Shown here: piece by piece, positions 1 through 9,780 of the stretch
How the letters are laid out: every line of letters starts with the position of its first letter
Position numbering within the stretch: position 1 is the stretch's first letter
Assembly (NCBI GenBank): GCA_964404855.1
Contig: CAYOLO010000001.1
Location: 595,396-659,395, forward strand
Length of the DNA stretch: 64,000 bases
Reading direction: 5' to 3'
Origin: an uncultured Gammaproteobacteria bacterium
Lineage (GTDB): Bacteria > Patescibacteriota > Microgenomatia > CAYQLK01
Program-made: the position numbers and the translations under genes
Notes under the pieces: model-generated
Told to the model about the DNA's origin: nothing
Databases searched by the model: none
The model's input: only the letters and a program-made list of their open reading frames with translations

Positions 1-321
1 ACCATTGCAAGAGCTGTAATTTTTGATGACGCGGCTCTGACACCTATGAGAAATAAGCCGTTTGTCGAAGTAATTACCGTCGCTAAAATAGACCTTAAAA
101 AAGGTGATAAACTAGACGGAATTGGATTTTATATGACATACGGATTGTGTGAAAATACAGAGACGGCTAGAAAAGAAAACCTTTTGCCAATAGGGCTTAG
201 TGAGGATTGTGTTTTGACGAGAGATATCAAAAAAGATGAGGTTTTAACATTTGATGATGTTACTCTTCCCGAAGGTAGGTTGTGCGACGAGTTATGGAGA
301 GAACAGTTTGAATTATTATAA
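1..321 (+). CDS. NAD(P)-dependent oxidoreductase (homoserine dehydrogenase-like) with C-terminal SAF domain, 5' truncated by window
   Basis: Frame open from base 1; AKIDLKKGDKLDGIG..YG..E...LLPIGL..C.L.RDI.KD..LTFDDV is the typical SAF-type C-terminus of this family. Confidence 0.75.
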   Translation, partial: TIARAVIFDDAALTPMRNKPFVEVITVAKIDLKKGDKLDGIGFYMTYGLCENTETARKENLLPIGLSEDCVLTRDIKKDEVLTFDDVTLPEGRLCDELWREQFELL

Positions 322-429
322 ACTTGGTTTGATCTTATCCAAACCCTACCTTAAGTAGGTAATCAAAATACTTATTGGGACTTAGACGGGAAACATACTT
401 AAGATCCTTGTATTTAATTATTAGACATT

Positions 430-1455
430 ATGTTTACAAAACAATTTTATACATTGCTTGTTTGGTTTTTTTGTTTGTCATTGATGATTTTTTCTTTAAT
501 TCTGTTTTTCTCTCCTTCTGGATTTAACTCTAATATATTAAAGGATAATTCCCTTGTAAGAAACCCTATTAATATTTGGAATTTTCGATCAATTGATACG
601 ATGAAATACTCGAGAGATTTGGCTCGAGAAAAATTAACCGATCAGGCTTTTTTAAGCGAAATTAACACTCAGGTTGCTAATATTGCCGCGACTGGTGCTA
701 ATTATGTGGGAATTGCTACCCCCTATGATGAAGAGTTTGTACCATATTTGACTGCATGGGTAGAAGCGGCTAGAAAAAACAATCTCAATGTTTGGTTCAG
801 GGGAAACTGGTCGAGCTGGGAAGGATGGTTTGGGTATCCTCACGAGATGACTTTCGACGAACATATTGCAAAATCTGCACGATTTGTTGATGAGCATAAA
901 GATTTATTTCAAGACGGAGATAAGTTCTCAGCTTGCCCTGAATGCGAGAATGGTATTCAAGGAGATCCTCGACAAACAGGTCGAATCGTAGAGTATCGTG
1001 ATTTTTTAATCAAAGAAACAACAATATTGAAAGACAAATTCAAATCTAAAGGGTTAGACGTAGATACAAATCTGCTGTCGATGAATATGGACGTAGCACG
1101 GCTTATTATGGACAAGGATACTGCTCGCGCAATTGGCGGAGTAATTACAGTTGACCATTATGTTGCTAACCCTGAAGATCTAGCAGAGGATGCAAAAGAG
1201 TTGGCAAGAGAAACAGAATCCCTAATAATTTATGGAGAGTTTGGTACCCCAATACCTGATATTAATGGAGATATGACAGATAAAGAACAGGTTGAGTGGT
1301 TAGAAAAGGCTTTAGCTAAGGTCAGTAATACTCCTGAGGTTGTCGGGATGAGTTATTGGGTGAATAAGGACGGATCAACTGAGCTTTGGGAGTCAGATAA
1401 TACACCCAAATCGGCCGTAGACGTAATAACTAAGTATTTCAAATTAAAGAGATAG
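430..1455 (+). CDS. Membrane-anchored clan GH-A-like TIM-barrel glycoside hydrolase
   Basis: N-terminal TM; GANYV, AARKNNLNVWFR, CPE (candidate acid/base), IYGEFG (candidate nucleophile), GMSYW. Confidence 0.6.
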   Translation: MFTKQFYTLLVWFFCLSLMIFSLILFFSPSGFNSNILKDNSLVRNPINIWNFRSIDTMKYSRDLAREKLTDQAFLSEINTQVANIAATGANYVGIATPYDEEFVPYLTAWVEAARKNNLNVWFRGNWSSWEGWFGYPHEMTFDEHIAKSARFVDEHKDLFQDGDKFSACPECENGIQGDPRQTGRIVEYRDFLIKETTILKDKFKSKGLDVDTNLLSMNMDVARLIMDKDTARAIGGVITVDHYVANPEDLAEDAKELARETESLIIYGEFGTPIPDINGDMTDKEQVEWLEKALAKVSNTPEVVGMSYWVNKDGSTELWESDNTPKSAVDVITKYFKLKR

Positions 1456-1551
1456 TTTTTGAGATAAGTTAGATTTATAAAATATTGTTATAGGATACCT
1501 TGATGCCTATAGTGATGGTGGCGATTTTTTTCAGAAATTTTTTTTGACTTA

Positions 1552-2799
1552 TTAATTTCGATGTGAGTTGTTGTGTGATGTTTTTTCCCAGGTATATTGA
1601 TTTTTTAACATTCTAAATATTGCCCTTAATGAGGAAAAACTTAACATTAGTTGAAATGGGTAGTATGTCAATAAAATATGTAATATTAATTTCGGTGAAT
1701 ATTTATATTCATAATCCTTGGTAAACTCATATGCACCAAAGACGTAGAAAATTAATTGCGAGGCAAGAATGATTATTGGTATTAGTGAAAATATAATTAA
1801 CTCGATTGGGGCAGAAATAAATAATAGCGTGAAACTAATTAAAGGAAAATAAATTACCCATGCTGTTTGTAATAGTGGAACCACTAAGACATAGGCGGTT
1901 AATACTTTTCTTTTAATTCCTTTGATTTTTATCCATTTGAACTGAAAAAATATTTGTAAAAATCCCTGATTCCATCTAGTTCTTTGTTTTATAAATTGTG
2001 ATACTGAAGAAGGTGTTTCTTCCTTGGTTACATGTTTTTCATCATAAACAACAATTATTTTTGCATCTAGGACTGATAAGCGAATACCGATATCGGCGTC
2101 CTCAGTTAACATTGTCTCGTTCCAGCCGCCTATTGAGATTAGCTGTTTTTTTTTAAAAAAAACTGTATTTCCACCTAGTGGTACTACTCCAATTTTTGCA
2201 AAAAATGGCATCGATGACTTGAACCAAAAATAATATTCCAACACATTAAACAATGAAAACCATTTTGATTTGTAATTCATTAATTGCACTCCTGCCTGCA
2301 CAACGTCGGATTTAGTTCGCATAATAATTGTATTAATAATATTTAAGATATCCTGATGGGGTTCATCCTCGGCGTCAAAAATACCAATTATCGTTTTGTT
2401 TGATTTCTTTAAACCAATGTTTAATGATTTTGGCTTGTTGTCAATATTATTTTCTACAATAACTAGTCTGAAATTTTTAGATTGGATATTGCTTATTGCA
2501 CTTCTTATTGCATTAAGTGTTAATAAATCGTCCTTACGGCATAAGACAATAATTTCAAAAAGATTTGTTGGGTAGTTTATTTTCGACATTGCGATTAATG
2601 TGTCAAATATGACCTTTGACTCATTTCGTACAGGAAGAAGTAGTGAGAATGAATTGTTTGGTTTAGAAAAGCGTTTTGGAGACTTGCGGAGCTTAAGTGT
2701 ATCCGTGTTTTTCCAGGAATAAAACATTGAAAAGAAATCTAAAAGCGAATGAAGAATTAATATTAACGTTAAGGAAAAAATTATTCCTGTAAATATCAT
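1552..2799 (-). CDS. Processive GT2 glycosyltransferase (cellulose-synthase-like)
   Basis: FDAED, LGGN, LTEDAD, QRTRW (QxxRW), C-terminal TMs, WEKTSH. Confidence 0.9.
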   Translation of the reverse strand: MIFTGIIFSLTLILILHSLLDFFSMFYSWKNTDTLKLRKSPKRFSKPNNSFSLLLPVRNESKVIFDTLIAMSKINYPTNLFEIIVLCRKDDLLTLNAIRSAISNIQSKNFRLVIVENNIDNKPKSLNIGLKKSNKTIIGIFDAEDEPHQDILNIINTIIMRTKSDVVQAGVQLMNYKSKWFSLFNVLEYYFWFKSSMPFFAKIGVVPLGGNTVFFKKKQLISIGGWNETMLTEDADIGIRLSVLDAKIIVVYDEKHVTKEETPSSVSQFIKQRTRWNQGFLQIFFQFKWIKIKGIKRKVLTAYVLVVPLLQTAWVIYFPLISFTLLFISAPIELIIFSLIPIIILASQLIFYVFGAYEFTKDYEYKYSPKLILHILLTYYPFQLMLSFSSLRAIFRMLKNQYTWEKTSHNNSHRN

Positions 2800-2801
2800 T
2801 T

Positions 2802-3335
2802 TTAAATAATAGAACCTGTGTAGTTTGCGGTTACTATAATTCGTTTACTGTCTAAAAATCCAGAACAAGTATAGAGAGTCATGACTTTTTGGTCTGATTC
2901 TAAGGACACTTTTGCGTATTTGGCTGGCGATTCTGTAATAAGGTCAACTGTAAAGACTTTGGCTTCGCCATTTGCGTATTTGAGCTCGATTGTATCCCCT
3001 CTCTTGACGTTTTTAAGGTTACCAAGGAGATTGGACCAGTTATGACCATAAAACACGCTATTACCTGTTTGAGCTGGTATTGCGCTATCTGTAAGATAAG
3101 TGACGCCGTTTTTGGTAGTTTCGAATTTGCCGTTGTTTCTAGTCGCAGGAATAATAGGTAAATTCACATTTATTGAACTAATTGTAATAGTGTTTGGTTG
3201 AACTGAATTAGATGTTTCTTTAGCAATTAATGGATCAACTGAGGTAGGAATAAAGGTTTGAATATAAAGTCCAGTTCCAAAGAGAATTAAAATTACACCT
3301 GACGCAATCAAACATTTGGAAAGAATGTTTTTCAT
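2802..3335 (-). CDS. Sortase
   Basis: N-terminal TM; catalytic H (YGHN), TLYTC, downstream R (KRII). Confidence 0.9.
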   Translation of the reverse strand: MKNILSKCLIASGVILILFGTGLYIQTFIPTSVDPLIAKETSNSVQPNTITISSINVNLPIIPATRNNGKFETTKNGVTYLTDSAIPAQTGNSVFYGHNWSNLLGNLKNVKRGDTIELKYANGEAKVFTVDLITESPAKYAKVSLESDQKVMTLYTCSGFLDSKRIIVTANYTGSII

Positions 3336-3356
3336 TGTTGCCGTTTTTTGGCGAAC

Positions 3357-3944
3357 TTATTTGTTTCGGGATTTTTTGATACTCAATCCACCAAGAACTA
3401 GTCCAAGACCAAGGGTCATGAAAGCTAATATATTTGACATATTACCTGTTGTGGCAACGCCTAATATTTCACCACCGCCAATTCCACTACCGAAGTCATT
3501 AGATTTGGAGATCTCTGTGTTGCTAGTTGTACTTGCTCCTCCGACTGAGTGACAGGTGTAACCTTTATTCATAGCTAAATATGGAGCCTTTTCTAGTCCC
3601 CAAATAGAGCCATCCAAAACTAAAATCCAACCTTGATTGACGAATGACTGTACTTCATTCTGAGTTAGATCTGAAACTTTGAACCAATTGGTTTGTATTC
3701 CATTGCCTTCTGGAGGACAAAAACACTGAGTGTATGATTTATCAGATATTGTATATACAGCATCAGAACCGCTAAAGATTCGATTGTCGCCCACTATTCC
3801 ATGAATACCTGTGTCATATTTGACTTTAAGTCCAGCATTTGGAGCAAAACAGTCAGTAAATGGAGGAAGTGTCGCAAAAGCTGAGGTCGCAAGAGGAACC
3901 GATAATGTAATGTTAGCTGCCAGAGCTAAAAATGTTTTTTTCAT
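3357..3944 (-). CDS. Secreted protein with sortase-type C-terminal sorting signal
   Basis: Signal peptide; VATTG + hydrophobic helix + KKSRNK tail; immediately upstream of the sortase. Confidence 0.7.
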   Translation of the reverse strand: MKKTFLALAANITLSVPLATSAFATLPPFTDCFAPNAGLKVKYDTGIHGIVGDNRIFSGSDAVYTISDKSYTQCFCPPEGNGIQTNWFKVSDLTQNEVQSFVNQGWILVLDGSIWGLEKAPYLAMNKGYTCHSVGGASTTSNTEISKSNDFGSGIGGGEILGVATTGNMSNILAFMTLGLGLVLGGLSIKKSRNK

Positions 3945-4153
3945 TTTTTTTATTTTTACTCGGGCAGTAGAAATATGTTATAGGGTGAAATTATACCCAA
4001 AAATTTGAATATGTCAACCCTGTAGTATTTAATTAGATGTTATAGTTTGTAGCTAATTGATATGCATAATCAGAGTTAACCAAATACTATAATTAAATTT
4101 AGTTAATAATCCTATAATTAAAGCTATTTTCGTAAAGGTGTAAAATAGAATAT

Positions 4154-4762
4154 ATGTTGAGTAATAAAGTGATTGGCCATGATGATGTTCACCTGTTAGT
4201 GCCTGATCAGGAGTATCGTTTATGTTCAATGAACAATTTGGACCTAAAAGGTGTTGAATTAACAGGTTCAAAATTTACGGATTGTAATTTTTCTCACTCT
4301 GATTTGACGGATGCTAAGCTTAACGATTGTGAACTTGAGCGCTGTGATTTGTCGAACATTAAGATTGCGGGTGCTAATTTATTTTCTACGGCGTTTCGGG
4401 AATGTAAATTACTGGGGGTGAGTTTTACAGTTCACACCAATATTACTTCTTGTGTCTTTGAAAAATGCCATATGGAATACACCTCATGGAGAGGAATGAA
4501 CTTAACTGGAATGGATTTGTCTCATAGCTTGCTTAAAGGATCTGACTTCGGTGCCGCAAACTTGGCTCGAGTTAATTTTACAAATAGTGATTTATTGGAG
4601 TGTGAATGGGATTATGCTAAGTTTAACCATACTGACGTTAGAGGCGCTAAGATTGACACTTTGAGTCTTAAAAAAGATGTTCATGGTTTGATAGTTACTC
4701 TTACACAGTTAAGAGGAATGGCTGAAAATGTCGGAATTATTGTTCTTGATGCTCATCCTTAA
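4154..4762 (+). CDS. Pentapeptide-repeat protein (Qnr/MfpA-like fold)
   Basis: Continuous [ASC]-[DN]-[LF]-x-x pentapeptides. Confidence 0.9.
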   Translation: MLSNKVIGHDDVHLLVPDQEYRLCSMNNLDLKGVELTGSKFTDCNFSHSDLTDAKLNDCELERCDLSNIKIAGANLFSTAFRECKLLGVSFTVHTNITSCVFEKCHMEYTSWRGMNLTGMDLSHSLLKGSDFGAANLARVNFTNSDLLECEWDYAKFNHTDVRGAKIDTLSLKKDVHGLIVTLTQLRGMAENVGIIVLDAHP

Positions 4763-4772
4763 TATCTAATCT

Positions 4773-5303
4773 TTAGGTTTGTTCAAATAAAACTCCATTA
4801 TTTGAAACATAAGGATCTGTACACATAGACCTATTAAAACAACAAGGTCTGCGCATTCCTGATTTGAGCTTGGAGCAGGCAGTGTCTATTCTTTTTTCGC
4901 GTGTTTCTGGGTTTTTGGTTGAATTAATCCAGCGTATCCAGTCCCAACGAGCCATTGGTGTGGTATCTATCCACACAGCTCGAGCTTGGGGATTGCTTGT
5001 CAGTGCTGACTTTAAATCCTCAGGTAATTCTGGTTCTGGCCATTCTTTAATTGGCTCCAACGTAAGAGTAACAGTATCCCCTGCTTCAGCTTTAATGGTT
5101 TTGCGTGTGGTTTGGTCAACTCTAAACCAATGACTACCTTTGCCATCTGGTTCTAATGGGGCTTGAATTGGGCGACTATTTATTGTGCCACCAACCATCA
5201 CCATGCCTCGGGATGGAAGCTTAGCACTTTCGCTAATAGGTAATCTTATAAGTGTCCACTTACCAATTTTGAATAATTTGGTCTCGAAGTTAATTGAAAG
5301 CAT
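4773..5303 (-). CDS. DUF1905 + YdeI/OmpD-associated domain protein
   Basis: LPSRGMVMV.GTIN, PEDL..AL, WI.S.K..ETR.KRI. Confidence 0.85.
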   Translation of the reverse strand: MLSINFETKLFKIGKWTLIRLPISESAKLPSRGMVMVGGTINSRPIQAPLEPDGKGSHWFRVDQTTRKTIKAEAGDTVTLTLEPIKEWPEPELPEDLKSALTSNPQARAVWIDTTPMARWDWIRWINSTKNPETREKRIDTACSKLKSGMRRPCCFNRSMCTDPYVSNNGVLFEQT

Positions 5304-5329
5304 GTTTATATATAAATATTTTAGCTTAT

Positions 5330-5860
5330 TTAGTCACGAAGTGAAGTATTACCCTTAACATCGGCCGAAACAAAATATCCTTGATATTTTTCCAGTTGAG
5401 GAACATCTTTTCCTTCTAGAAGTGAAAAATACACTTTTGTAGTAAATGTCTTGGACAATAGTTGATTTTTTGAGACGAATTTGTCAATTTCACCAGAAAC
5501 TATAAGGTTGTGAAGATCTTTTACTGCTACAAATAAGTTGTTATCAAATAATTCTATGTTTTTAACAATTACAATGGTTTCATTCGTAACATCTTTTAAT
5601 TCTTCGATGAATTCTTTGAGCTTATCTTGTGTAAAAAATTGAGCACTTGTGTGTTTATGCCCCACTTGATGTTCAAATTCTTGTTCAGCCATAGGATAAC
5701 CACATAGAAATATGACCTTGTTTCTTTGAGTGAACCATTTTGCAGCTAGGCAGATTGTATATAATGATGCGCCCGAACCTTCTTTGCCGTGTATGAGCAT
5801 TGGGAGACTTTCAAGAATCAACGATTCCACTTCTGTGCCATCAACGAGGATTTTTTTCAT
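5330..5860 (-). CDS. Hypothetical protein with degenerate P-loop (RecA/KaiC-like)
   Basis: Start moved to ATG 5860 because the longer ORF runs through tRNA-His; MLIHGKEGSGAS resembles Walker A without the Lys. Confidence 0.55.
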   Translation of the reverse strand: MKKILVDGTEVESLILESLPMLIHGKEGSGASLYTICLAAKWFTQRNKVIFLCGYPMAEQEFEHQVGHKHTSAQFFTQDKLKEFIEELKDVTNETIVIVKNIELFDNNLFVAVKDLHNLIVSGEIDKFVSKNQLLSKTFTTKVYFSLLEGKDVPQLEKYQGYFVSADVKGNTSLRD

Positions 5861-5888
5861 AATTGTGTAATAGATCACACATAATCTA

Positions 5889-5965
5889 TGGGTGGCTGAG
5901 CGGGCTCGAACCGCCGACCTCCAGGTCCACAACCTAGCGCTCTAACCAACTGAGCTACAGCCACC
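5889..5965 (-). tRNA. tRNA-His(GUG)
   Basis: Cloverleaf GGTGGCTGTAGCTCAGTTGGTTAGAGC..GTG..GGTTCGAGCCC..CAGCCACCCA with G-1 and encoded CCA. Confidence 0.97.
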
Positions 5966-6014
5966 ATTCTGACTTGGTTTTGCTATTTCTAACAAAAGCG
6001 AGACGTATTGTACC

Positions 6015-6347
6015 CTAATCTTGGTGTTTCTTCAAAATTAAGTCTTGGTATCTTTTTTTGTTGTTGCGAAGGTAAATAAACGGCAAAATACCTGCTGTGT
6101 TAAAGATAAATAAAGAAATAAACCAACCTTTGTCAGAAAGCCTTGCAGCCCTCCACATAGCTTTTACTTTAAGAACAACATCAATAATCGTAATTGCAAT
6201 AATAACGACATAAATGACGCCGAATACGGCCATAAATGTGCCTGTATCTAGTCCTGAGTATGGGTTAATAGAATCATAATCGTTGACTACTGGCATATTA
6301 GTGTTTAACTCCTTTGAGTTAAGCGTGTTTTGTGTAAGATAATTCAA
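6015..6347 (-). CDS. Small membrane protein, DUF5652-like (start 6347 TTG or 6296 ATG)
   Basis: MWRAAR...KGWF..LF..NTAGILP.IY; SD-like AGGAGGTG before TTG 6347 and AAGGAG before ATG 6296. Confidence 0.7.
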   Translation of the reverse strand: MNYLTQNTLNSKELNTNMPVVNDYDSINPYSGLDTGTFMAVFGVIYVVIIAITIIDVVLKVKAMWRAARLSDKGWFISLFIFNTAGILPFIYLRNNKKRYQDLILKKHQD

Positions 6348-6409
6348 TTATATTCACCTCCTTTGTGAAATCTTTGATGATTCTATTATAATAGTTGCGC
6401 TCGGATAAT

Positions 6410-6483
6410 GTCTCCATAGCTCAGTGGATTAGAGCGAACGCCTTCTAAGCGTTAGGTCGCAGGTTCGAATCCTGCTGGAGGCA
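6410..6483 (+). tRNA. tRNA-Arg(UCU)
   Basis: GTCTCCATAGCTCAGTGG..AACGC-CT-TCT-AA-GCGTT..GGTTCGAATCC..TGGAGGCA; CCA not encoded. Confidence 0.96.
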
Positions 6484-6533
6484 CACAAATTAAAGTTGGT
6501 TTATTCGCCCTATAGTAATATAATTGCTGCCCG

Positions 6534-7991
6534 ATGAAATTAAAGAGGTATATTTTTTTCTTATTATTAATTTTAATTGTTCTTTTTCCTCTGCCTGTGT
6601 TGGCGCGTGAAGATTTGGAACCTAAGAACATTAATACTGTAATTCCCTCACCTAATAACCGATTTGGAATACATCTCAATGAGCCAGAATCAGATATTGA
6701 ACATGCCAAGCTATTAGTTAATAGTAATGGTGATTGGGGTTGGGTGGTAATGGTGATTAGGTCGAACGATCGAGATAAGGAAAAATGGCAAAGGATTTTT
6801 AATAAATTACGAGAAGATCATTTGATTCCTGTAGTTAGAATTGCTAGCAAACCAAACGCGGCGGGATATTGGGAAAGACCTACTGAAGAAGATGCCAAAA
6901 ACTGGGCGGATTTTCTCGACTCATTGATTTGGCCTACAAAAACTAGATTTGTAACTTTGTACAATGAGCCTAATCATTCTGGTGAATGGGGTGGTGAGGT
7001 AGATCCTGTTGATTACGCCAATAGGTTTGTTGAACAAGCAAAACGTCTTAAGGAAAAATCTAATGACTTTTTTATTCTAAATGGCGCAATCGATGCTGCG
7101 CCTCCAAACGAAATGCCAAAGTTTGCGAGTTTTGAATATTTTGTCGGTCATGCTGTAGCGGGTAATAGTGAGTTTCTTCAATATATTGATGGGTGGGCAT
7201 CTCATAGTTATCCAAATCCTGATTTTGCTGCGCCTGTTACAAACACTGGTAAAGCATCGGTCAAATCATATGTGTATGAGAAGACATTTGTTGAAAATTT
7301 GGGTAAAAAAATTGATTATGTTTTTGTTACCGAAACCGGCTGGAAACATAGCGAAGGTGTAGATGTGGACGGTAATCGTATTAGCGCTGAGGAAGCTGCA
7401 GATCGATATAAAACTGCGTATCAGACAGTTTGGACTGAGGATTATCTCGTAATGGTAGCCCCTTTTATTATTGATTATCCAGACAAGCCTTTTGATAACT
7501 TTAGTTTTCTTAATCCTAGAGTTTTAGGTGAAAGAACGGCGAAATATTTGCCTAATTTTGAAATCATTCGTGATTTACCTAAAAATGTTGGTAGGGCATT
7601 TCAGGAGACAAGAGCAAAATTTGTAAATATTGGTCTTAAGAATTTTTATCGCAAAGGGTCGAATTTTGAAGCTCTAGTTACATTTAAAAATATTGGACAA
7701 AGTTTGTGGGGTGACAATGCTGAGGTTACACCGAGAATAACAGGTGCGGAAAACATTACTGATTTAAAAGTTGAAAAAATAACAGATACAGAACTTACGA
7801 ATGTTAATGAAAATGAAACTTGGAAAATTAGTGGTAATTTGGCAGAAAAAGGTGTGATTACTCTGGGTTTTACTCCGATTGACCAAAACCAAAACTCTTT
7901 GTCAAAACCCGTTAATATGCCAATTTATGTTTCTGACGGATGGGAATATGTTTATCTTTCGGCAAGGGATATACTTTCTGGGATATTGTAA
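6534..7991 (+). CDS. Secreted clan GH-A (GH5-like) glycoside hydrolase with C-terminal Ig-like domain
   Basis: Signal peptide; YNEPN acid/base, SHSYP, VTETGW nucleophile; FKNIGQSLW Ig-like segment. Confidence 0.75.
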   Translation: MKLKRYIFFLLLILIVLFPLPVLAREDLEPKNINTVIPSPNNRFGIHLNEPESDIEHAKLLVNSNGDWGWVVMVIRSNDRDKEKWQRIFNKLREDHLIPVVRIASKPNAAGYWERPTEEDAKNWADFLDSLIWPTKTRFVTLYNEPNHSGEWGGEVDPVDYANRFVEQAKRLKEKSNDFFILNGAIDAAPPNEMPKFASFEYFVGHAVAGNSEFLQYIDGWASHSYPNPDFAAPVTNTGKASVKSYVYEKTFVENLGKKIDYVFVTETGWKHSEGVDVDGNRISAEEAADRYKTAYQTVWTEDYLVMVAPFIIDYPDKPFDNFSFLNPRVLGERTAKYLPNFEIIRDLPKNVGRAFQETRAKFVNIGLKNFYRKGSNFEALVTFKNIGQSLWGDNAEVTPRITGAENITDLKVEKITDTELTNVNENETWKISGNLAEKGVITLGFTPIDQNQNSLSKPVNMPIYVSDGWEYVYLSARDILSGIL

Positions 7992-8015
7992 GTAAAATAT
8001 GGCAGGGTTTTTTTT

Positions 8016-8087
8016 GGGAACGTAGCTCAGCGGTAGAGCAGTCGCCTCTTAAGCGATTGGTCCAGGGTTCGAATCCCTGCGTTCCCA
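8016..8087 (+). tRNA. tRNA-Lys(CUU)
   Basis: GGGAACGTAGCTCAGCGGTAGAGCA GTCGC-CT-CTT-AA-GCGAT..GGTTCGAATCCC..CGTTCCCA. Confidence 0.96.
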
Positions 8088-8096
8088 CATTAGATC

Positions 8097-9500
8097 TTAA
8101 CGAACTAGGAAATTACTATTACTTAATATCTCTTCAAGGTCGGAAAAGTGTTTTTTGATTGCACTAATTTGTTTGTCGGGAAAATATAGAAAAACAGCTG
8201 GAGCTTCATCGACTAAATATTTTTGAAACTCATTGTATTGTTGCTGCCTAGCTGATTGAGCAATTGTTTGCCTGCCATCTTCAAGAAGCTTGTCTATTCG
8301 GACGTTACTTAGTTGAGTTAAATTAGTTTTGACTTGGGTTGAATGCCAAAGTGAGTATTGGTCAGGATCTGACGAAATAGTTTGTGCTCCAACTAGAACC
8401 TGAAAACTATCCGGAACACCGCGAACATTTTTAATTTCAACACTAAATCCACCTGCTGTCCAATCTTCAGCGATTTGTTTGGCAATATCTTCGTAGTCTC
8501 TGGTTGTACTAATTGTTATTTTTTTCTCGATGCTTTTATCTAAATCTTTTAGTAATTCCTCTGCTTTTTTAACATCATATTCGTATTTTTTGACATGCTC
8601 GGAATATGCCCAAGAAGTTGATGGAATAGGTCCAGTGGCTAAAATTCCAGCGCTGATAAAGTCTTTTTGTATTAGATGATTAAGGGCTTGTCTAACTTTT
8701 TTGTCCCCAAGTAATACATCCTTGGTGTTGAAAAAGGCAGCAACCAACCTTGTAGGTCTTTTGTAATTAATATTATTAACGTTGGGCCAAGTGATAAAAG
8801 GATTTGGATTGAAAATCTCTGTTGATTTAACTCTGCCTTGTTTGTAGGCAAGATAGGCAGATTCGCGATTTGGAAAAAACTCTACAATCAATAGCTTAAA
8901 TCTATTGTCAGCTTTTGTGAAATGAAGTTCTTTTACAATTTGTTCGACTTCTTTGATTTCTGTTAGTTTGTACGCTCCCGTACCTGCATAAGTACCTTTT
9001 CTGAATATTGGAGCCGAGGCAACGGTCGGAAAAGATGCTAGCGGATCATCGAGCTGGTATTCAATTGTATCCTCACTTATGACCTTGCTCTTGACCTTGG
9101 GAAAAATATCAACGAAATCATCAATTATTACTTTTTGACCATCTTGCCAATAGGTGTTTTTGTCGATTTGGAAGGTAAAGGTTTTTTTGTCATCGCTAAC
9201 TTTCCAAAAAATGGCAATATCTGGTTTAACTTGTCCATTTTCGTCGATTTGAGTCAAACCTCTAGTAGCTAAGCCTAAGATTTCTGGCGGAACCTCTGAA
9301 ATTTTATAGTTACCAACGACAGCGTGAGTATAAATATCTCGTCCAATAATTAGTGGTAGTCCTTTGAATAGTAGAGCGAATATTCCTGAAATTAAAATAA
9401 TTATTACTGCTATTAGTGCGGCCTTTTTGACAATGTATGCTTTGGTTATCCAAAACCAAAATCTAATCCGGCGGGAAAAAGCTTTAGTGTTAACTTTCAC
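8097..9500 (-). CDS. ABC transporter substrate-binding protein, family 5 (peptide/nickel)
   Basis: GL...D..G...PDIA..W..SDD...FTF, GTGAYK, VRQAL, LWHS. Confidence 0.9.
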   Translation of the reverse strand: MKVNTKAFSRRIRFWFWITKAYIVKKAALIAVIIILISGIFALLFKGLPLIIGRDIYTHAVVGNYKISEVPPEILGLATRGLTQIDENGQVKPDIAIFWKVSDDKKTFTFQIDKNTYWQDGQKVIIDDFVDIFPKVKSKVISEDTIEYQLDDPLASFPTVASAPIFRKGTYAGTGAYKLTEIKEVEQIVKELHFTKADNRFKLLIVEFFPNRESAYLAYKQGRVKSTEIFNPNPFITWPNVNNINYKRPTRLVAAFFNTKDVLLGDKKVRQALNHLIQKDFISAGILATGPIPSTSWAYSEHVKKYEYDVKKAEELLKDLDKSIEKKITISTTRDYEDIAKQIAEDWTAGGFSVEIKNVRGVPDSFQVLVGAQTISSDPDQYSLWHSTQVKTNLTQLSNVRIDKLLEDGRQTIAQSARQQQYNEFQKYLVDEAPAVFLYFPDKQISAIKKHFSDLEEILSNSNFLVR

Positions 9501-9521
9501 AAGATTGTAGGCTAATTAAAA

Positions 9522-9746
9522 CTAATTAAGGATAACAAGCGCAATTGAGATAGCGAAAAAGACAGCGGCCAGTCCGATGGTCATGTAATAGAGAATTTTT
9601 TCTACTCCCCTTCTGGACCTGTAAAAATCACCGCCTCCTCCAAAGGTCGACGAAAGCCCAACGCCTTTACTTTGTAACAGAATTGAGACTGTTAAAAGAA
9701 TCGAAATGATAATTAGAAAAATGCTAAGTATTTGATTGATACCCAT
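9522..9746 (-). CDS. secG: Preprotein translocase subunit SecG
   Basis: ILLQSKG.GLS..FGG, RRGVEK.L, two TMs. Confidence 0.95.
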   Translation of the reverse strand: MGINQILSIFLIIISILLTVSILLQSKGVGLSSTFGGGGDFYRSRRGVEKILYYMTIGLAAVFFAISIALVILN

Positions 9747-9780
9747 AGTGGAGATTATAACAAAAGGATTATGTTTATTG

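Noticed and set aside
4154-4762. qnr quinolone-resistance gene
   Set aside because: Pentapeptide fold alone does not establish Qnr function
5861-5932. N-terminal extension of ORF 5330..5932, and ORFs 6452..6709 and 7940..8158
   Set aside because: They read through tRNA genes or antisense to real genes; not coding
4154-5965. Island integrated at tRNA-His
   Set aside because: No duplicated tRNA 3' end or integrase seen
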